Source: Amoebidium appalachense
Lineage: Eukaryota; Protista; Ichthyosporea
Direction of reading: 5' to 3'
Assembly (NCBI GenBank): GCA_963693365.1
Contig: CAVNZM010000013.1
Location: 1,017,817-1,081,816, forward strand
DNA length: 64,000 bases
Position 1 is the first letter of the stretch. Each line of letters opens with the position of its first letter. Under the pieces are notes generated by a model. The model made no database searches and was not told the origin of the DNA. It was given only the letters and a program-made list of their open reading frames with translations. The position numbers were made by a program, and so were the translations under genes. Positions 57,135 to 64,000 of this stretch are shown piece after piece.

Positions 57135-57564
57135 GGGGGGGGGGGGAGGACAAGAGAGTGAGTGCGAGTTGGCTTATGAGTGTTGATCGTGAGCGATTCG
57201 GCTGAAAAATTCGGTACCTTTTACTGGATACGTAGCTATGCAGGTGATGACTGCCCGCAGTATACATGCATACATTCAAGAGAATCAGATTGCTCTTTAG
57301 ACCTGAGCATAACAAATCACACACTTGTTATGCTGCAATCGATTCGCTGTCAAACTCGACATTTGATTTATTCAGGCAGAATACATTCCTATACAACATT
57401 GGCTCAGCCCGATATTCCTACAATACAAGAATCGCTCACGCATATGTTCCTATGCAATATTTACACCACCGAGGCCTATGGGATATACCGAGCAAAACCC
57501 CCCATACCCGAGACTGTCTCACTGTGCCTCGAATAAACAGCATAAACCTCTACAATTTTTTTTT

Positions 57565-57755
57565 AACAGATATTCCCATTTAACATTTATTCCAGCAGAT
57601 ATTCATTTGCAACAACATTTATTCCAGCAGATATTGCTATACAAGATTTATTCCAGGTAGATATTCCTAAACAACGTCTAATGTGCAGATAGTTCCATAC
57701 GACATTTCTCCAACAGACATTCCTACACAAACATTCATCCCAACAGATATTCTAA
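57565..57755. repeat. ~30-bp degenerate minisatellite (CAGATATTCCTATACAACATTTATTCCA)
   Basis: At least six diverged copies; related words at 57378-57460. Confidence 0.75.
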
Positions 57756-58120
57756 TTCAACATTAGCACCTCAACCCACCAACCGACCCTCCCCCCCCCC
57801 CCCCCCCCCCCCCCTCCCCCCCCCCCCCCCCACACAGACACACTCTCCCCTCCAACCCCATCTATATTAGCCCACACTGCCCTCCCCCCCCATATCCCTA
57901 GATCCCCCCCCCCCCCCCCCCCCCTCTCCCTTTTCCGCGCGCCCGCACACACACACACACACACACACACACCCACCCACACTCGCGCGCATGCGCGCGC
58001 GCGCTCGTGCTGCGCGTGCGGCGCGCACACACACACACACACCACCCCAGCTCCCCCCCCCCCCCAGTATCCCTAAATCCCCCCCTCCCCCCTCCCATCC
58101 TCCCCCCCTCCTTTCCCCCC

Positions 58121-58343
58121 TCATGACCCAGATACACCACCCCTTCCAACACCCCAGCCTCTCCCCCCATACCCGCCCCTACCCCTTGCCCCAGACCCGT
58201 GCCCACCCGTAGAGCCTGGAGGGGGAGCAAAATTGTAGACCGTGACGTCACAGGTGTACCCGTCAAAAGCCCTCGAGATGGACTTTTGCACCTCTGGCCA
58301 CTGCAGTTGATCTAGGCCGCATCCTAAATGTGTACGTGTGTGT

Positions 58344-58374
<31 letters not shown>

Positions 58375-58686
58375 GGGAGGGGGGGGGAGGGGGGGGGGGG
58401 GGGGGGGGGAGGAGGGGGAGGGGAGGTGGAGAGGGTGTGTGTGTGGGGGGGGGGGGGAGGGGAAGGGGAGGCAGAGGGGGGGGGGGGGAGGGGGGAGGGG
58501 GGGGGGGGGGGGAGGGGGGGGGGGAGGGGGGGGGGGGGGGGGGGGGGTTGGTGTGTGTGTGTCGGGGGCGGGGGGAGGGGGGGGGTCTATGTGTGGTGTG
58601 TGTATTGTGTGTGTGTGTTTGTGTCCGCGTGTGTATGTGCGCACGTGTATTTGTGTGTGTGTGTGTGTGTGTGAATGAGTGACTGA

Positions 58687-58733
<47 letters not shown>

Positions 58734-59357
58734 TGTGTGTATGTGTGTGTGTGTGTGCGCGCGCGTGCGCGCGTGCGTGCCCGTGTTTGTGTGTGCGTTA
58801 CTGTGTATGTGTATGTGTGGTATGTGTGTGTGTGTGTGTGTGTGTCTGTGTGTGTGTGTGTCTGTGTGTGTGCACGCATATGCTTGTGCATGTGGGTATG
58901 TAGGAATGTGTCGGTATGTGTACCTGCACGAGCGGGATTCCCAAATTCATAAGCCAGGTAAGAAAAAGTGGTTCACATAATGCCGGAGGTGATCATATTT
59001 GGGATGTGAAGGTGGTGGTGAGGGGGGGGGGGTTGTTGTTGTTGTCAATATTGAGGACCGCATATGCGCCAGTGTATGCTGTTTTGTGAATCAATATAAA
59101 GGTATTTCAACGAGAGGTTTGAAAAAAAGGAGAAGTAGAAGACGAGAGTTGTCTCGATTTACTTGTGTGGGTGGCTGGCTGTAAGGAAGCGAGTGCCCGA
59201 GGGAGGGAGGGAGGGGGGGGGGGGGGAGGGAGGGGAGGGGGGGAGCGGGGGGAGGGGGGGAGGGAGAAAGGAGGCGGGAGAGGGGGGGGGGGGGGGGGGG
59301 AGATGGGAGGAAGGCAAGGATGGTTCGGTATAGTCTTCTGTGCGGCTACTTGTGAAT

Positions 59358-59413
<56 letters not shown>

Positions 59414-59433
59414 TGTGCGTGCGCGCGCGCACG

Positions 59434-59531
<98 letters not shown>

Positions 59532-59647
59532 CATGTGTCTCAGAGAGTGTTTTTGCAAATGCACTCATTAGTGTGCTTGTTCGAGTATTGCTGTACGTGT
59601 TTCTAAAAATTTCTTCCCTCCACCATCCAAAACTGGTGTGTGTGTGT

Positions 59648-59716
<69 letters not shown>

Positions 59717-60041
59717 CCCAGAATGCGATATGTACCCCCTGTAAAAAGTCCCCAAAAGGGGAGGGGGAGGCAGCGGAAGGGAGCAGGTGGTTTGTGGTGG
59801 GTGGGGCTCGAGTGGGGCTGGCTGGACGTGTGTGGGTGTATGTTTGAGAGGGGGGAAGGGCGGGGGGGAGGGGAGAGGGGGGAGAGAGAGGGGGGCGGGG
59901 TCGAGAGGGGGGGAGGGGGGGGAGGGGCAAACCTAGGCGTGGGATTGAGAGGCGGGTGACTCCGTGTGCCTCCATGTGTCTCCTCATCTCTCTCAGAGAG
60001 GACTGCCCCACACATGGTCAGTGTTGAATCAGCTGACAACA

Positions 60042-60077
<36 letters not shown>

Positions 60078-60307
60078 ACACACACACCTACATACCCTCT
60101 CCCCTCCCTTCACCTTCTACTTCCCCCTTGCCTTCCCACATCCCCATCTCTACCCCTCTCTCTGCCTCGGTGCCACTCCTCCCCCTTCCCCCCACAAAAT
60201 GCATACCCACAAACGTGCGCATACTCACACCCATATTCATGTACAAGCGTGTGAGGGTGGGGACACACGTACGTACACACATGCGCCCACGTGCGCGCGC
60301 GCGCGCG

Positions 60308-60388
<81 letters not shown>

Positions 60389-60442
60389 CAGGTACACAGA
60401 CCCTCCCCCCCCCCCTCCCCCCCTTCTTCCTCCAACAACAAC

Positions 60443-60501
<59 letters not shown>

Positions 60502-60713
60502 AAACCACACCCCCTGTAGATATTTACCCTAGGCCCCAATCACAACCCACACAAGGCAGACGAATCAAACCATCGCCATGAATTTCCAATCACGTGACCC
60601 CTGCCCTCTTCCTAAAATAGCGCATCTTCATTTTTCCATACAGATACAAGATTATAGTTATTTACTTTATTATTATTATCTCATAGGAGCGCTATTCGGG
60701 GGGGAAAGAGAGT

Positions 60714-60759
<46 letters not shown>

Positions 60760-60929
60760 GAAGGAGGGGAGCTGGGTGGGTGGGTGGGTGGGTGGGTGGG
60801 TGGGAGGGGACGGGGCTAGAAAGTGGTAAAGAATACAAAGTACATGTGTATGCAAATCAACACAAGGCACATATTCCAAAGCAAACACAAGTAATATGCA
60901 GGAAAAAAGAGCCACGTCAAAGAAAAAAA

Positions 60930-60971
<42 letters not shown>

Positions 60972-61138
60972 AGGGGAAGGGAAGGGGGGAGGGGGGGGGG
61001 GGGAGGGGGAGGGAGGGCTTAGAAAGTAATAAATAATGAAAGCGTTAAATAATACGAAGTACACGTGTATGCCAAAAGGCAAATTTTGCAAAGCATGCAC
61101 CAGTAATATGCAGAAAAAAAATCCCGCCCTTAAAAAGG

Positions 61139-61170
<32 letters not shown>

Positions 61171-61256
61171 GGGAGGGGGAGGGGGGCGGAGGGATGTTCA
61201 CCTCGAGGGTGGCATAGGTTGGCTTGTGGAAATAGCGCTCTTTGGTGATCAGATAG

Positions 61257-61341
<85 letters not shown>

Positions 61342-62074
61342 CGCGTGTGTGTGTGTGCGTGCATGTGTTTGTGCGCGTGCGTGTACGCACACATGCATGA
61401 GTGTGTGCGCGTGCGAGTGTGTGTGCGTGCGTGCAGGCATGCACGTGCGTGTGTTGCTTTTGTGTGTGCATGCTTGTGGGTGGGTGTAAAACGTTTGATC
61501 GGGGTGTACAATTCCAGTAGATTACCAAGATGATACACAACGAGGAAGGGGGCACATTACGCCATTGTCGTCTGCCATTAAAAAAGATAAACTATAAATA
61601 AAAAGATTATTGTTTAATCCACCGTTCCTTTGGTTGCGTTATAAATAGTGATTGAGTTAATGTAGATGCTAGGTGGGTGAAAATTCCTACTCCTACATGT
61701 GCCCGCTTCCCCTCCGCATGCCGCCGAGAGTGACATATGGCTGCAGAACCTTAATCACTTTAAAGCAGGCAGGTAATTGGAGCACCTACTATAAGTGCGT
61801 GTTAATCCTCTATAGAGCTTGAACACCTGTCAGCGAGCCACAATTCGATGTTTTAAAGCAGCCGGATGATTGGGCACCTACTATATGTGCCTGCCATCTC
61901 TCGGCAGGCTGAGCATGCCCCCCACCCTCCTGCCCTCTGCCGCCGACTTTCCCTTCATCTCTGCTACCCCCCCAAACCGCTCCTTGAACGTCACCGCTGT
62001 GTGGGAGGATGAAAAACATTCATCACCATTTAGAAAATGTACTGCAGGCATGCCAAAAACATGAGGGAAAAAAT

Positions 62075-62111
<37 letters not shown>

Positions 62112-62863
62112 GGTGTGTTTGTGTGTGTGTGTGGGGGGGGGGGGGGGGGGAGGGGAGGGGGGGGGGGGGGAGTGCAAAGGAACCATTCACGACAGACACA
62201 TTACTGCAAATCATAGCATAAGAAAATTAGTCACAATAAGTAAATTCCATAATCAAAGGGGGATCAAAGTTATCCAAAGTACCCGAGTTTCAACACATCT
62301 CGCCTCCCGGGGGGGGGGGGGGGGGGGGGGGTTGAAAGAAAAAAAAAGAGGAGGAAGGTTTAAAGAGAGAAAACGGGAAGGAAGCCAAAAAGAAGTAAAA
62401 AAGGAAGGGAGTGAAGGTATCTCTAGAAGGGAAAAAATGGAAAAACCGATGGGTACAAGTAATTCCTTGAAGCACCTTAAAAAAAAAACAAAAAAAAACA
62501 AACATTTGGCTTTGTACCACAAGTTTCCAGCAATGTATAACTACTCCCTTCACCCACCACAGTCCAAGAAATCAGCCGTTTCCTATGTTGTGTAGTGTCA
62601 CACAAGTTGCATGCACTGTAGCTGTATCTGACATATCTCGGTTGATGCTTTCTTTTGAACCACTCAATCAAATTATTATAATCACAATGAGCCGAGGTTT
62701 GTTTGCTAAAGGAGGTGGGGAAGGGGGGGGAGGGGGGAGGGGGGAGGGGGGGGGGGGGTCTCAAATGTGTGTAGCAGGATCCGGTCATCATAATCAAACT
62801 ATAAGGGGTTTACCAAAGAAAAAAGGGCCGGGCAGGGGGGCGGGGGGAGGGGGATCAATTGGT

Positions 62864-62916
<53 letters not shown>

Positions 62917-63493
62917 CCCACCTATGCCCTTGCCCATTGCTATGTCTGCACTGATGCAGTGAGCAAGGCTGTCAGTGGAAGAAAAAAGGTCCCCCGATAC
63001 CTCCGTCAGCCTGAGCCCTCTGTGTGGAAATGGAAAAAAGTGAAAATTAGTCAGCGGGTGTGGGGATTTTATTATGTACCGTTATCGAAGTATCTGCCAT
63101 CTTCTAAAATTCTCTAGGAATACTTTATATGGCAATTGCGCAATTTCTAAAAAAAGATGATTACACCATACATACATAGGTAAAGCCAACACATATGTCA
63201 CCGATGCCAATATGACGTAAATATTACGTCATAATGCCGCCACACCGTCAAATATTCTCACATAAGGTAGACATCTATTATTAGTGCTAGAGAGTGTGTG
63301 GGCTACTATCAGATTTGGTAAATTGGTGCAAGAGATGTGTAGATAGACTTGGTCAAGCTAGTCGCGGTCCATCTTGATAGCGCAACGTGTACGGGATAGT
63401 GGTGAGATAAGAAACACGCTAGAGACTGTGTCGCGTGCACGCACGTGTGTGATGTGTGTGTGTGTGTATGTGTGCTGTTTGGCGTGTCTGTGT

Positions 63494-63588
<95 letters not shown>

Positions 63589-63679
63589 TGCGCATGTGTG
63601 TGTGTGTGTATGTGTATCAGTCTGTGTGTGTGTTGTGCGGGTGTATGTGTGTTTGTGTGTCTGTGTGTGTGTCTGTGTG

Positions 63680-63714
<35 letters not shown>

Positions 63715-63867
63715 GAGGAAGGGAGTTGTAGGGGAGGGAAAGGGATAATACCTTTTTTTCTCGGTGTCAATGCTTGACGTGTTAGTTTCTTTCTCTGTGT
63801 TCTCGTGCTTCTGCTGCTTGACTTTTGGGTTTTGGTCGGGCGCAGTGGAAACAAGAAACCGTTTCAT
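58121..63867 (-). CDS. OARD1: TARG1/OARD1-type macrodomain ADP-ribose glycohydrolase, 6 coding exons, 218 aa, with C-terminal RGG-rich tail
   Basis: Exons 63867-63752, 63019-62922, 61996-61882, 61256-61202, 60002-59933, 58323-58121; GT-AG and phase-consistent. Protein reads ...[35 protein letters not shown]...[57 protein letters not shown]...VTVY, matching the TARG1 blocks including the LITK lysine and GCGLD aspartate. An acceptor just upstream of the ATG suggests a further 5' exon beyond the window. Confidence 0.93.
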
Positions 63868-64000
63868 GGTGAAACCTGAAACGATAAGGGAGTTGGAATA
63901 ATATTGAGGGGAAAAGAGAGGGAAGGGGGGGGGGGGGGGGGGGGGGGGAATGAGAGACAGAGGCAAAGAGGGAGGGAGAGAGGGGGTGGGGGTGGGGTGG

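Noticed and set aside
61876-61890. TAG TAG exactly where TARG1 has Tyr-Tyr, suggesting stop-codon reassignment
   Set aside because: A donor TA|gtaggt spliced to cag|C TAT gives TAC TAT (YY) in the standard code; genes here end in TAA or TGA normally.

Overview
Eukaryotic, intron-rich genomic DNA, saturated with poly-G/poly-C runs and (CA/GT)n, (GCGT)n and (GA/CT)n microsatellites. Most entries in the ORF track are translated simple repeats. Manual splicing gives six credible genes: (1) a 3-exon coiled-coil protein with a possible carbohydrate-binding-like N-terminal domain (11254-5459, -); (2) an 8-exon class-V PLP aminotransferase/cysteine-desulfurase-like protein with a long Pro-rich tail (25097-19139, -); (3) a GT14 core-2/I-branching/xylosyltransferase-like protein (41205-37517, -); (4,5) a divergent, intronless pair of secreted GH114 alpha-1,4-polygalactosaminidases (51754-50909 -, 55415-56265 +); (6) a 6-exon TARG1/OARD1-type macrodomain protein with an RGG tail (63867-58121, -). 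There is also a decayed, CpG-depleted Helitron (26728-29552) with an intact 3' hairpin+CTAG, two MITEs and many local tandem duplications. The most unusual signals concern splicing: GTGTGT donors and CA-rich acceptors, several introns with complementary G/GT-rich and C/CA-rich halves, and diverged copies of an exon end plus its donor site in the next intron of three genes, one forming an in-frame 27-nt microexon. The organism cannot be determined from the sequence; a unicellular opisthokont such as an ichthyosporean is only a guess. Frameshifts in homopolymers suggest long-read consensus errors.
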